A DNA stretch of 64,000 bases, from positions 744,001-808,000 of the forward strand of contig MU008184.1 of NCBI GenBank assembly GCA_010909165.1. The letters run 5' to 3'. The position numbers were made by a program, and so were the translations under genes. How positions within the stretch are numbered: position 1 is the stretch's first letter; every line of letters begins with the position of its first letter. Source of the DNA: Anthoceros angustus (lineage: Eukaryota > Plantae > Anthocerotophyta). Below are positions 51,431-62,760 of the stretch, piece after piece. The notes under the pieces were generated by a model. That model saw nothing but the letters and a program-made list of their open reading frames with translations. It did not search any database and was not told where the DNA came from.

Positions 51431-54400
51431 GTGGTGCCGGATGTGCCCCAACACATCCGATGTGTATCTGGAAGGCCGTAGAGGATGACTCGGAGGAGGA
51501 AGAGGAAGGCATGGAGCAAGATCCGCTCACGGGAGACCTTCTTGCAGTGGAGAGTGTGGAGGCGGTAAGAGGTATAAGAAGTTGACCCTACGTCCGTAGG
51601 AGGTATAGAGGGTGGCCCTACATCCGTAGGATCACCAGGCAGTGCGATGGCAGTAGATGCCGCGAAGGTAATTGAAGGGGTTGGTGGTAGCTTGGAGTGT
51701 GGGCTCATTGCTTGGGGGATAGGACAATGTGTGCGGAGGCCTGCGATACTTGTGGAGTAGTGGAGTGCAAACTACGGGAAGAGCATGGGTCTCTTCTCCA
51801 GCAAGCTTTAGATTTCATGATGTGGAGTGTGTGGCTCAGAGGAGCCAGCTGTGGAATAGTGCGGGAGCGACGTTGTGGAGTTAAATGCTGCAGCAAGTGG
51901 AGGATTTCTGACAGATTGGTTAGAATTTGGAGTGAGAACTCTTAGGATTTTGGCGCGCAGCTCAGGCTGTTACTTATTGTTAAAATAGGGAGATTGGAGA
52001 GTTTTCTAGGCTGATTGTCATGATGACCGAAAGCGAGTGGGGTAGTGGTTTTAATCGCTTTAGGCGGCTATTAGTTTATAGTGGTTGAGGAAGAACGAGT
52101 GGAAAAGTAAGGGGAGGTGTGGCCAAGGGAGGCCTTATGTATGAGCCCTATATAAGGGGTGAGAAGAAAATCATCACGCCTTGAGCTCCCAAACTCATGA
52201 GTCCTTTGCTCCTTGTAGAGGAATTTCGTACCAAGCTAACGCAATGTCCGGTAGAGAGGGAGTTTATGTGGTCGGAGTGCTTGGCGGAGGGCTCGCTCCG
52301 GGCGCCCGCAGTTGCTCCCCTTGTGAATGGTTGCTGAAATTGCTTTGCTTTGGGTGTGTGATGCCCAAGGAACTCTGGCTTGAGGGTAGACTACGGGAAA
52401 GACTCCTGGAGGTTCTCGCCGTCTGCAAACTCATAGCAACGCCCAAGGAAGAACTTGTTGGCTTGTAGGCACTGTGCGCCAGCCAAGGGCGAGCTAGCTG
52501 TGAGCTTGAAGTAAGGTTAGATTAGGAGGATGAGGAGTTGAGTTGAGGTGAGTGTTGAGGAGAATGTGGAGCTGAATGTTGAGTAGAGGAGTAGGTAGAG
52601 ATTAGGTCAGAGCCTAAGGGAGGGGTCCCAAATCTGCACCAAATCGAGACTGGAAGCTGGGCTAAGGTCTCAAAATCACGGGGTGGAGAAGTCACGCTGT
52701 GCCGTAGGGGGTCCCTATGTGTGTAGGCGATGGACCTACTGGCCAGGGTGGGACCTACGTAGGATGTCGCTAGGTCCGTGAGCGAGATCCGACGGCAAAG
52801 GCGGAGGTGTCGTGGCTGCTAGTGTGGAGTTTTGTGGGCGCGGTTGTAGTTGGAGCGCCATTCGGAAGTTGGAGAGGCCTTGAACTAGGGCGAGGTAACC
52901 TATACCGCCAGTGCGACCCTACCGGTGGTAGGATGCGCATGCTTGGGATAGGGTGTCCTCCCCACGAGGAATGAGGGTGTGCCGCCCACCAAAGGCACTA
53001 GATCTCCTACAACTCTCCTACAAGTGGTAGGAGGGGTAGGCCCTACAATTGTTTGTTGTTGGTTGTAGGTCCTGAGGCGGCGATTCGACGGAGCAGGCGG
53101 GGCCGTCACCGCCGAGTTGGTGGTTGAGGATGTGCCAATTGTGGGAAGGCAATGGGAAAGGAATAGTGGAAGATCACGGGGTGGTGAAGTCGCGCTGCAA
53201 CGAGGGGTCCCTACGTGTAGCCGCTAACCCATCGCCGGGTGTGGACCTATAGTCGTAGGGTGTCGTTGTAGGTCTGGAAGCGGTGATTGACGGAGCATCA
53301 CGGTGAGGCGTGGCTGCTGTCAGTTGCTCCAGTTGTGTGAAGGAGCTTGGGGGTGTGAAGAGGTGTGTGGTTTGTGCCTTGGATGCTGGTGACCTGACAA
53401 ACAAGAGTCTCATGGGACGAAACCTATTGTACTTAGCGACAGTGGGATAAGTGTGGCCACTAGAGGGTGAATCTCGGAAGCCCTGGGGTTTTCCTCCCAC
53501 ACATGGCACCCTGCTCTTGGTGGGGCAGGCATTGGCTTGGCATTGGCAGTAGGCACTTTCAAGAATTGAGACAAGGCACAGGGCCATCATCTTCCTCCAA
53601 TCTCCCGACTCGAGTGAGGTACTTCCGCATTCGACAACACTCACACATCAACTGGCGACCTCCAGTACCTGCAGGGACAATCTCCACCTCTCCACAGGTG
53701 ACTTCAACTTCGACACGAGAGCCAGACCACTTCCTACCACTAGGAAATCTTGGTGGGCTCTCCACAAAAGTTGGAATCCAGCGAGAGGCAGGCAGAGGAG
53801 CATCAGGGCACTGCCCAGGAGGGGCGTTTTGCTCCTCAGTGGGGCGCGGTTCCCTCCCCGGGGGCCTCGCCCCCTCTATCTTCTTTCCCCGCTGCAGGTA
53901 TCCCGGCATCCACCTCCTTGCAGCATCGGCGCCAAGCGGCCGCAGCCGCCTTGGGCACACAGGAGCAGCCACACCGGAGGCGCGATCCCTCGGATGGTCA
54001 CCCCCACTGACGGCCGCCTTCCCACACCGATCCGTGGTGCCATGGCACAGAAGTTGGAGGCCTTGAACTAGGGCGAGGTAACCTATCTTTGCGCCAGTGC
54101 GACCCTACCGGTGGTGGTGATGCGCCCTGCATGCGTTGGGATAGGTGTCTCCTCCCACGTAGGAATGAGGTGTCTTTGGCCACGATTGCACTAGATCTCC
54201 TACAACTCTCCTACAAGTGGTAGGAGGGTAGGCCCTACAATTGTTTGTTGTTGGTTGTAGGTCCCGAGAGGCGGATTCGAGCAGGAGAAGGCGGCCTGTC
54301 GAGTTGGTGGTTGAGGATGTGCCAATTGTGGGAAGGCAATGGGAAAGGAATAGTGGGCGATCACGGGTGGTGAAGTCGCGTAGGGGGTCCCTACGTGTAG

Positions 54401-55575
54401 CCCGTAACTCTGCCGTGGGGTGTGGACCTATAGTCGTAGGGTGTCGTTGTAGGTGCAGGCGGTGATTGGCCGAGCATCACGGTGAGGCGTGGGCTGCCAT
54501 TGCTCCGGTTGTGTGAGGGAGCTTGGGTGTGAAGAGGTGTGTGGTTTGTGCCTTGGATGCTGGTGACGACAAACAAGAGTCTCATGGGACGAAACCTATT
54601 GTACTTAGCGATGCGATGGGATAAGTGTGGCCACTAGAGGGTGAATCTGGAATACAGGGTTTTCCTCCCACACATGGCACCCTCTTGGTGGGGCATTGGC
54701 ATTGGCATTGGCGGTAGGCACTTTCAAGAATTGAGACAAGGCACAGGCCATCATCTTCCTCCAATCTCCCGACTCGAGTGAGGTACTTCCGCATTCGACA
54801 ACACTCACACATCAATGGCGACCTCCGGTGCATGCAGGACAATCTCCACAGTGACTTCAACCCGACCACGAGAGCCGCACCACTTCCACTAGGAAATCTT
54901 GGTGGGCTCTCCACAAAAGTTGGAATCGGCACGAGAGGCAGTGAGCCTTGCCCGGGGAGGGCGTTTTGCTCCTCGGTGGGGCGCTGTTCCCTCCCGGGCC
55001 TCGCCTCTATCTTCTTTCCCGCCGCAGTATCCCATCCACCTCCTTGTAGCATCGCCAAGCGGCCCTGGGCCGGCAGCACACAGGAGCAGCCACACCGGAG
55101 GCGCGATCCTGAGATGGTCGCACCCCCACGACGCGCGCCGCCCCACACAGATCATGTGCCATGGCCGTCTTTCCATGATGAGCGTGGAGTGCTTGAGCCA
55201 AGGAGTGTGGTAAATGAAACGGTATGGTGGGTGCCATAAACCGTATGTCCTCATGGGCATACGGACTGGCATCCACATGACCCATACCGTTATCATTAAA
55301 TATTTTCAACCTTTTTACCCGGGGTTCTTACTATGTTTAACCCTTATCAAGTTTGATTATTACCTTCTTACCTTTTTTTAATCTTACTTAGCTTTTTACC
55401 ATTTCCTGATTAAGTTTTTAGTAATTCCTTTTAATTACATTAAATACAGCTTAAATGTAACTTAAGCTTGTCTTTAACTGTTTTTCTTAGTTAGCAGATA
55501 ACTTTCAATTTAGTGGGAGTTAGCTAACCCTTTTAGGCTCATTTTGAAGCAAATTTTTCACCCCTAGTTCATAGT

Positions 55576-55584
55576 GAGTGGGAG
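55576..55584 (+). promoter_or_regulatory. Putative Copia PPT
   Basis: GAGTGGGAG three bases before the TG that opens the LTR-like repeat. Confidence 0.5.
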
Positions 55585-55587
55585 CGA

Positions 55588-55829
55588 TGAAATATACCCT
55601 GTTTAGGGCACTCTTCACTAGGGCACCTAAGACTATTAATTAATTTAGTTCTTAGGGCTTTAGGTAGTTTATTAAGTAGTTAGTTGTTACAACCACTTAG
55701 AGGTTAGAACTACTTATGGTTACAACCACCTTATGATTGTAACCACCCAGCCTATATAGAGGCTTTGTACTTTCAATTTTATAAGCAATGAAAACATCTT
55801 TTGCTGAGAGCAAGGCGTGCTTTTCATCA
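55588..55829 (+). repeat. Copia-type LTR (probable 3' LTR)
   Basis: TG...CA. The last ~95 bp closely match 3479-3574, and no PBS follows. The 5' part does not match the sequence upstream of 3479. Confidence 0.6.
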
Positions 55830-55834
55830 GCAAC

Positions 55835-56110
55835 TACTTGCAGTTGACAACTGCCTCGGAGAGCCAATTGTTGGCCATACCATCAGGGCACTCCATGTCA
55901 CCACACATCCTTTGTGGCCAAGCTGTCAAAAACCTGGCGTGCATCTTTCAATTCACCACACTTCGCATACATGTCCACCAGGCAGTTTCCCACCATTAGT
56001 ACGTAACGTCATCCAGCAAACTAGTCCGCTTCCGATCATCCGCTGTGAGTGCAGCTACCCTTCTATAAGGCGCCAGTGCTTGCACATGCCCTCAAAAGGC
56101 GCAATATTGA
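55835..56110 (-). pseudogene. PLS-class pentatricopeptide repeat (PPR) gene fragment
   Basis: LLRACASTGAL...[30 protein letters not shown](V)TWSAL, with indels. Confidence 0.8.
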
Positions 56111-56604
56111 CACGCAACAGCATCTGCATGGACAACTATGCCTTGTGCGCAGACTTGCTGAACATGATGAGAGCTCTTCTCGAGATAGAAGTCCACGCCA
56201 TGGCGACCTCCCTCGCCTGTAAGATGCCCTTCCTTTTCTTTTCACGTAGTAGTCTACATGTGGGACTTGACCAGTGAGCTCCCATCTCTCATTTTCCATA
56301 TATGTACTTGATGGTGCAACATATGGAAAATGCACCATCAAGTACCTAGGTAATAACAATTCCCCAAGAGAAAAATAAATAATCACATCAAGCATTAAGC
56401 CTTCCTTGGTTGAACACAAAGTTGATATACATCAAATGCACACACATTTGTGTGCATTGCTAAGTCTTGTTGTTCTTTAGGTTTAGGATTGTTTATCGTA
56501 TAAAGTATAAGTTTGAATGTTTAACAAAAGAGACTTTTAACGCTGTTAACTTACTTAATACATAGCACTTACGAATTCAGAATGACATAAGACTTAAGAC
56601 TCAT

Positions 56605-57099
56605 GATACCTAGCACTTACTAATTAGGAATGACAAAAGCTTTTGAGGCTCAAGATGGATACCTAGTACTTACTAATAAGGAACGCAGCGTAAGCATTTG
56701 AGGCTCAAGAAGGATACCTAGCACTTACTAATAAGGAAGCGATGTGTTTTTGAGGCTCAAGATGGATACTAGCACTTACTAATTAGAAACGCGTAAGCAT
56801 TTGAGGCTCAAGAAGGATACCTAGCACTTACTAATAAGGAACGATGTAAGCTTTTGAGGCTCAAGATGGATACCTAGCACTTACTAATTAGAAACGACGT
56901 AAGCTTTTGAGGCCCAAGATGGATACCCAAAGACTTACTAAATAGGAACGACTTAAGCTTTTGAGGCTCAACATGGATACCGAGCGCCATCGATTAGGAA
57001 CGACGTAAGCTTTTGAGGCCTGGATGGATACCTAGCACTTACTAATAAGGAACGACGTAAGCTTTTGAGGCTCAAGATAGATACCTAGCACTTACTAAT
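56605..57099 (+). repeat. 53-bp tandem array (~9.5 units)
   Basis: Consensus GATACCTAGCACTTACTAATAAGGAACGACGTAAGCTTTTGAGGCTCAAGATG. Confidence 0.92.
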
Positions 57100-57799
57100 C
57101 ATGAATGATATAACCTTCATGTAAAAGAGCGGCTTAGTAGTCCACGAGCGCCATTTGCAAAGGTAGCAAGGTGAGGCGGATTTGCAATTTAGTTCTAGCT
57201 ACATTGTAAAATGTGTGGTTGTGTGAGCCTCCGCAGATGCTAACTCGCAGCCTGTACGTGTGGTTTGGCTTGCAATTGTTGTTCACATAGAATAGATCGC
57301 ATAGTGTGTGCATGTATCTAGGTGCATCCAAGGTTGCTACGAAGGATCATCCATGGCACGAATATGTATACTTATTTTGGCCAAGCACTAAACCGAATGC
57401 AAAGCATGCAAAGCAACACAAGTGCAGATTAATTAAGCTTTTGAGCTTGGGTGCCCTAGGAGACCAGTGCTCAAATGCCACTCGTGTTTCACTATTAGCC
57501 ACGGACGTTGACGACAATCATCCAGACTCCAAGAATGTACATGCGTACTGATTCACATGCACACATACCTACGTACTCACAGTGAACTACATACATAGAA
57601 TAGAAAAGATACAAGGCTAAAGAGCCAAGAACCTTCAAAAGGGGAATGCGGAGACTTTATAAAAAGGCCGAGATGGGAAGTGCCATCTTCACCAAAATGG
57701 TTTTTATAACCTTAAAATAAAAGTTTGAGTTGCAAACAATATTTATAAATAATAATAATAACATTTGAGTGTTTGTTACGAGACCAGAGTCCACATTAG

Positions 57800-58110
57800 G
57801 TCAGCCAACCAGCTGACCAAAGATGCCATGATCACCAAGCTCTAACAACAACTCATTTGTATCATGCATCTGCGTGTCGTTGAGTCTCAATTAACCTCAT
57901 GCTGGTACCTCACATCACCCACCCTCCCACCCACCACCCAACCCACAATCAAGCTCTAACGAGAACTCATTTGTATCATGCATCTGGCGTGTCTTTGATG
58001 AGTCTCAATTAACCTCATGTGTATTGGTACCTCACATCACCCACCACCCAACCACCAACCGACCCGACCATGAAACAACAGTGCTCTAACGAGAACTCCA
58101 GTATCATGCA
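57800..58110 (+). repeat. ~125-145-bp tandem repeat, first cluster
   Basis: Unit ...AAGCTCTAAC...CATGCATCTG...GAGTCTCAATTAACCTCATG...GGTACCTCACATCACCCACC. Confidence 0.75.
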
Positions 58111-58584
58111 TCTGCATGGACAACTATGCCTTGTGCAGACTTCTGAACATGATGAGAGCTCTTCTCGGTAAAGTCCACGCTTGGCGACCTCCCTCGCCTT
58201 TAAGATGCCCTTCCTTTTTCGCGTAGTAGTCTACATGTGGGACTTGGACTAGCTGAGCTCCCATCTCTCATTTTCCATATGTTGTACTTGATGGTGCAAC
58301 ATATGGAAAATGCACCATCAAGTACCTAGGTAATAACAATTCCCCAAGAGAAAAATAAATAATCACATCAAGCATTAAGCCTTCCTTGGTTGAACACAAA
58401 GTTGATATACATCAAATGCACACACATTTGTGTGCATTGCCAAGTGCGTGTTGTTCTTTAGGTTTAGGATTGTTTATCGTATAAAGTATAAGTTTGAATG
58501 TTTAACAAAAGAGACTTTTAACGCTGTTAACTTACTTAATACATAGCACTTACGAATTCAGAATGACATAAGACTTAAGACTCA

Positions 58585-58975
58585 TGATACCTAGCACTTA
58601 CTAATTAGGAATGACAAAAGCTTTTGAGGCTCAAGATGGATACCTAGTACTTACTAATAAGGAACGACGTAAGCATTTGAGGCTCAAGAAGGATACCTAG
58701 CACTTACTAATAAGGAACGATGTAAGCTTTTGAGGCTCAAGATGGATACCTAGCACTTACTAATTAGAAACGACGTAAGCTTTTGAGGCCCAAGATGGAT
58801 ACCCAGCACTTACTAAATAGGAACGACTTAAGCTTTTGAGGCTCAACATGGATACCGAGCGCTCACTGATTAGGAACGACGTAAGCTTTTGAGGCTCAAG
58901 ATGGATACCTAGCACTTACTAATAAGGAACGACGTAAGCTTTGAGGCTCAAGATAGATACCTAGCACTTACTAAT
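58585..58975 (+). repeat. 53-bp tandem array (~7.5 units), duplicate
   Basis: Same consensus as 56605-57099. Confidence 0.92.
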
Positions 58976-59664
58976 CATGAATGATATAAACCTTCATGTA
59001 AAAGAGCGGGCGAGTAGTCCACGAGCGCCATTTGCAAAGGTAGCAAGGTGAGAGCGGATTTGCAATTTAGTTCTAGCTTGTTGTAAAATGTGTGGTTGTG
59101 TGAGCCTCCTGCAGAGATGCTAACCTGCAGCCCTGTGGCTGTGTGGCTTGGCTTGCAATTGTTGTTCGCGCTCTAGAATAGTACTGCATAGTGTGTGCAT
59201 GTATCTAGCAGGCATCCAAGGTTGCTACGAAGGATCATCCTGTGGCCTGAATATGTATACTTATTTTGGCCAAGCAGACCAAACCGGTAATGCAGCATGC
59301 AGCAACACAAGTGCAGGGACAGAATTAAGCTTTGAGCTTGGGTGCCCTAGGCTCGATGCTCGTGCTCGTTTCACCACAGTTTGGCGGGCGTTGACGACAA
59401 TCATCCGGACTCAAGAATGTACATGCGATTCACATGCACACATACCACGTACTCACAAAGTTGAACTACATACATAGAATAGAAAAGATACAAGGCTAAA
59501 GAGCCAAGAACCTTCAAAAGGGAATGCGGAGACTTTATAAAAGGCCGAGATGGGAAGTGCCATCTTCACCAAAATGGTTTTTATAACCTTAAAATAAAAG
59601 TTTGAGTTGCAAACAATATTTATAAATAATAATAATAACATTTGAGTGTTTGTTACGAGACCAG

Positions 59665-60180
59665 AGTCCACATTAGGTCAGCCAACCAGCCAGCCAGCAT
59701 GCCATGAAACAGTCAGCCAAGCTCTAACAACAACTCCGCTGTATCATGCATCTGTGCGTGTGCTGTTGAGTCTCAATTAACCTCATGTATTGGTACCTCA
59801 CATCACCCACCCTCCCACCCACCCAACCAACCCGCCAGTCAGCCAAGCTCTAACGAGAACTCCGCTATATCATGCATCTGCGCGTGTGCTGTTGATGAGT
59901 CTCAATTAACCTCATGTATTGGTACCTCACATCACCCACCCAGCCACCCAACCAGCCAACCAGCCAGCCTGCCATGAAACAGTCAGCCAAGCTCTAACGA
60001 GAACTCCGCTGTATCATGCATCTGCGCGTGTGCTGTTGAGTCTCAATTTACCTCATGTAATGGTACCTCACATCACCCGCGCACCCAACCAGCCAGCCAG
60101 CCTACCATGAAACAGTCAACCAAGTTCTACGAGAACTCCGCCGTGTCATCCATCTGTGCTTGTGCTGTTGAGCCTCTACT
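59665..60180 (+). repeat. ~125-145-bp tandem repeat (~4 units) just downstream of the RING gene stop
   Basis: Unit starts near 59711, 59838, 59981 and 60115. Confidence 0.85.
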
Positions 60181-60245
60181 TCATGTATGTTGAATCTTCT
60201 TGTTCACCATAATTTATGTATCCCAATGTATATGTGGAAAATCAT

Positions 60246-60908
60246 CTATGCATAATCTTCGTATATTATTCCATCTTCCAATATAAAAGCTATGATTTCA
60301 CCGTGAAGTAATAACACCCGTGAATTTTTTAATAAAGATAGACTTTGCAATCCATTCATTTTGAACATTTTGTCTTTTATTGTCACAGTCAGCTTTCCAT
60401 CTTGAAGCGATAATTGGTTAGCTTCTATGGAAACATCGGCCATTTGAAACTGTGCGCTGTCTCTGAGGTATTGCACCTCATTTCCAAATATTAGCGCTAT
60501 TATTTTGTTATGAATAAATAATAAGCGGGAATATTTTAATTGGGCGGGATTTTTAAATCCATCAACGTTTATGAACGTGCCATTTCCCAATGTTATAGTA
60601 ATTGTCCCATTATAGTTCCAAAATATTTGGTGAGAACGCAGTCGAATTTCGCCTAGTCCAAGGGCCACATTGGTTTCTACATAGCCCTCGAGAGGATGAA
60701 ATATGTTTCCTCTGCAATTAGGGCATGTAAAATTGTTTGTCATCCATGGCATTATACATTGCCTATGGAAAAGGTGGCCACATGCATTCACCTTTACGAT
60801 CTCTTCTCTCTTTTTAATACCATCACAGCAAATGGTACAATCAATTGTTTGGTGCCCATGGTACCCTTTTACGGTAACATTTGGCGCACCAATTGTTTCA
60901 TTATCCAT
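60246..60908 (-). CDS. RING-H2 finger protein (putative E3 ubiquitin ligase), 220 aa, intronless, with a duplicated beta-rich C-terminal module
   Basis: CTIC-x(15)-CGHLFHRQC-x(10)-CPNC gives the C3H2C3 pattern. First ATG at 60908. Uninterrupted ORF, with an AT-rich TATA-like upstream region at about 61020-61040. Confidence 0.85.
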   Translation of the reverse strand: MDNETIGAPNVTVKGYHGHQTIDCTICCDGIKKREEIVKVNACGHLFHRQCIMPWMTNNFTCPNCRGNIFHPLEGYVETNVALGLGEIRLRSHQIFWNYNGTITITLGNGTFINVDGFKNPAQLKYSRLLFIHNKIIALIFGNEVQYLRDSAQFQMADVSIEANQLSLQDGKLTVTIKDKMFKMNGLQSLSLLKNSRVLLLHGEIIAFILEDGIIYEDYA

Positions 60909-61194
60909 TTTTTTATTCAAATCTTTGCTACCTCTTACTTCTTTTTTCTTGTAGAAGAGGAGGAATGAAGAAGAAATTATTTGTTCTTGACCACTAAATA
61001 TAGATGACCTTCACGGGACTTCTTATAATTTATAAGTTTTCTTATAACGAAAACAAAAATCTTTCATAAAGGAAATTTGCGAGGCTCCTTAGTCGTTCCC
61101 AACAGGCGAGTAATGCAAAGAGGAAGCGGCGGTAGCTAGCAATGGCACTCTTGGACTACCACCGATCTTTTATATGAAGGTTTACATCATTCAT

Positions 61195-61500
61195 GATTAG
61201 TAAGTGCTAGGTATCCATCTTGAGCCTCAAAAGCTTACTTGTTCCTTATTAGTAAGTGCTAGGTATCCATCTTGAGCCTCAAAAGCTTGCCTTATTAGTA
61301 AGTGCTAGGTATCCATCTTGAGCCTCAAAAGCTTACTGCTCCTTATTAGAAGTGCTAGGTATCCATCTTGAGCCTCAAAAGCTTACGCTGCTCCTAATGA
61401 GTAAGTGCTAGGTATCCATCTTGAGCCTCAAAATCTTACGTCGTTCCTAATTAATAAGTGCTAGGTATCTTGAGTCTTAAGACTTACATCATTCTTAATT
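61195..61500 (-). repeat. 53-bp tandem array (~6 units), inverted copy
   Basis: TAGTAAGTGCTAGGTATCCATCTTGAGCCTCAAAAGCTTAC... is the reverse complement of the left-arm unit. Confidence 0.92.
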
Positions 61501-61989
61501 CGTAAGTGCTATGTATTAAGTAAGTTAACAGCGTTAAAAGTCTCTTTTGTTAAACACTCAAACTTGCACTTTATACGATAAACAATCCTAAACCTAAAGA
61601 ACAACACGCACTTGGCAATGCATACAAATGTATGTGCATTTGATGTATATCAACTTTGTGTTCAACCAAGGAAGGCTTAATGCTTGATGTGGTTATTTAT
61701 TTTTCTCTTGGAGAATTGTTCTTACCTAGGTACTTGATGGTGCATTTTCCATATGTTGCACCATCAAGTACAACATATGGAAAATGAGAGCTGGGGAGCT
61801 CAGCTCTAGTCCAAGTCCCACATGTAGACTACTACAGCAGAAAAGAAAAGGAAGAGCATCTTCTGGAAAGCGAGGGAGGTCATTGCCAAGCGTGGACTTC
61901 TTACATGAGGTGCTGAGAAGAGCTCTCATCATGTTCAGCAAGTCTGCGCATAGAACACAGTTGTCCATGTACGATATACAATGACCTGT

Positions 61990-62760
61990 TTGCCTTTTGA
62001 GGGCATGTGCAAGCACCGCGCCTATAGCGGGCAGACTCATGCCGGATGGTCGGAAGCGGACTAGTTTGCTAGATGACGTTACGTACTAATGGTGGAAACC
62101 GCTCGTGGATATGCGCGGCGCGGTGAATTGAAAGATGCACCGTGTTTTTGACTTGGCCACAAAGGATGTGGTGACATGGAGGCCTACAACGCTAGGGTTT
62201 TGACTTGCCTTTTGAAGGCCCTGGATAATGATGAGGCTAGGCGCTGTTGTGATACGGACAAATGGGCGGGAGGGCCTCCTTTGGTGACCATGTTAGTTTT
62301 TTCGGCTTGCCTTTTGAAGGCCCGTGGCTGGCGGTGGCTTATGAGAGGCCTACAACGCTAGGGTTTTGACTTGGCCACAAAGGATGTGGTGACATGGTGG
62401 AGTATGCCTAAACAACAATGACCACTAGGCCAAGAGGCGCCAGATATGGACAAATAGAGCAGGAGGGCCTGCTTTTGGCTAACCATGTTACTTTTGCTCG
62501 TCACAAGGCCTATGGGCTTCAACCAACGGTGCAGCTTACAGAACCTTGGGCATGCAACTGCACTCACAAATCATCGAAAGAGGACTAGTGGATGACGTTA
62601 CGTAGCACGTGGTGGGCAACAGCCTGCCGGACATGAGATTGTATGCAGAAATGTGGTGAAGTGGAGGGAGGATGCATGCCTGGTCTTTGACAGCTTGGCC
62701 ACATAGGATGTGGTACCATCATGGAATGCCCTGCAGATTGCTGGGTCTTTGATGCATAAA
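61990..62760 (+). pseudogene. PLS-class PPR fragments (mirror of 55835-56110 plus a further repeat)
   Basis: GMQLHSQIIERGLVDDV...VGNSL.DM.YA.CGEVEDACLVFDSLAT*DVVSWNALIAG across indels (62520-62745). KDVVTW occurs at about 62162 and 62380. Confidence 0.75.

Larger units (their letters stand above)
43991..53501 (+). mobile_element. Family X LTR, copy 2 (solo-like), interrupted by the methyltransferase-carrying TIR element
   Basis: Starts TGTGGAACATAAAAGTTTGGGCA and ends TTTTCCTCCCACA. The segments 44146-44480 and 50255-53501 are the reverse complement of 5390-8630. No matching TSD was found. Confidence 0.75.
55885..62185. repeat. Large inverted-repeat (foldback-like) structure: arm 55885-57160 (repeated in part at 58105-59030) versus inverted arm 61145-62185
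   Basis: The right arm is the reverse complement of the PPR remnant, an AT-rich block and the 53-bp array of the left arm. Confidence 0.8.

Noticed and set aside
43986-53506. TSD for family X copy 2
   Set aside because: The flanks GGTAG and CATGG do not match, so a clean solo-LTR insertion cannot be claimed.
55801-56277. Plus-strand 158-aa ORF as a gene
   Set aside because: It is the antisense shadow of the minus-strand PPR remnant.
56605-61500. 53-bp arrays as a CRISPR locus
   Set aside because: The units are near-identical along their whole length with no unique spacers, no cas genes are present, and the context is eukaryotic TE sequence.
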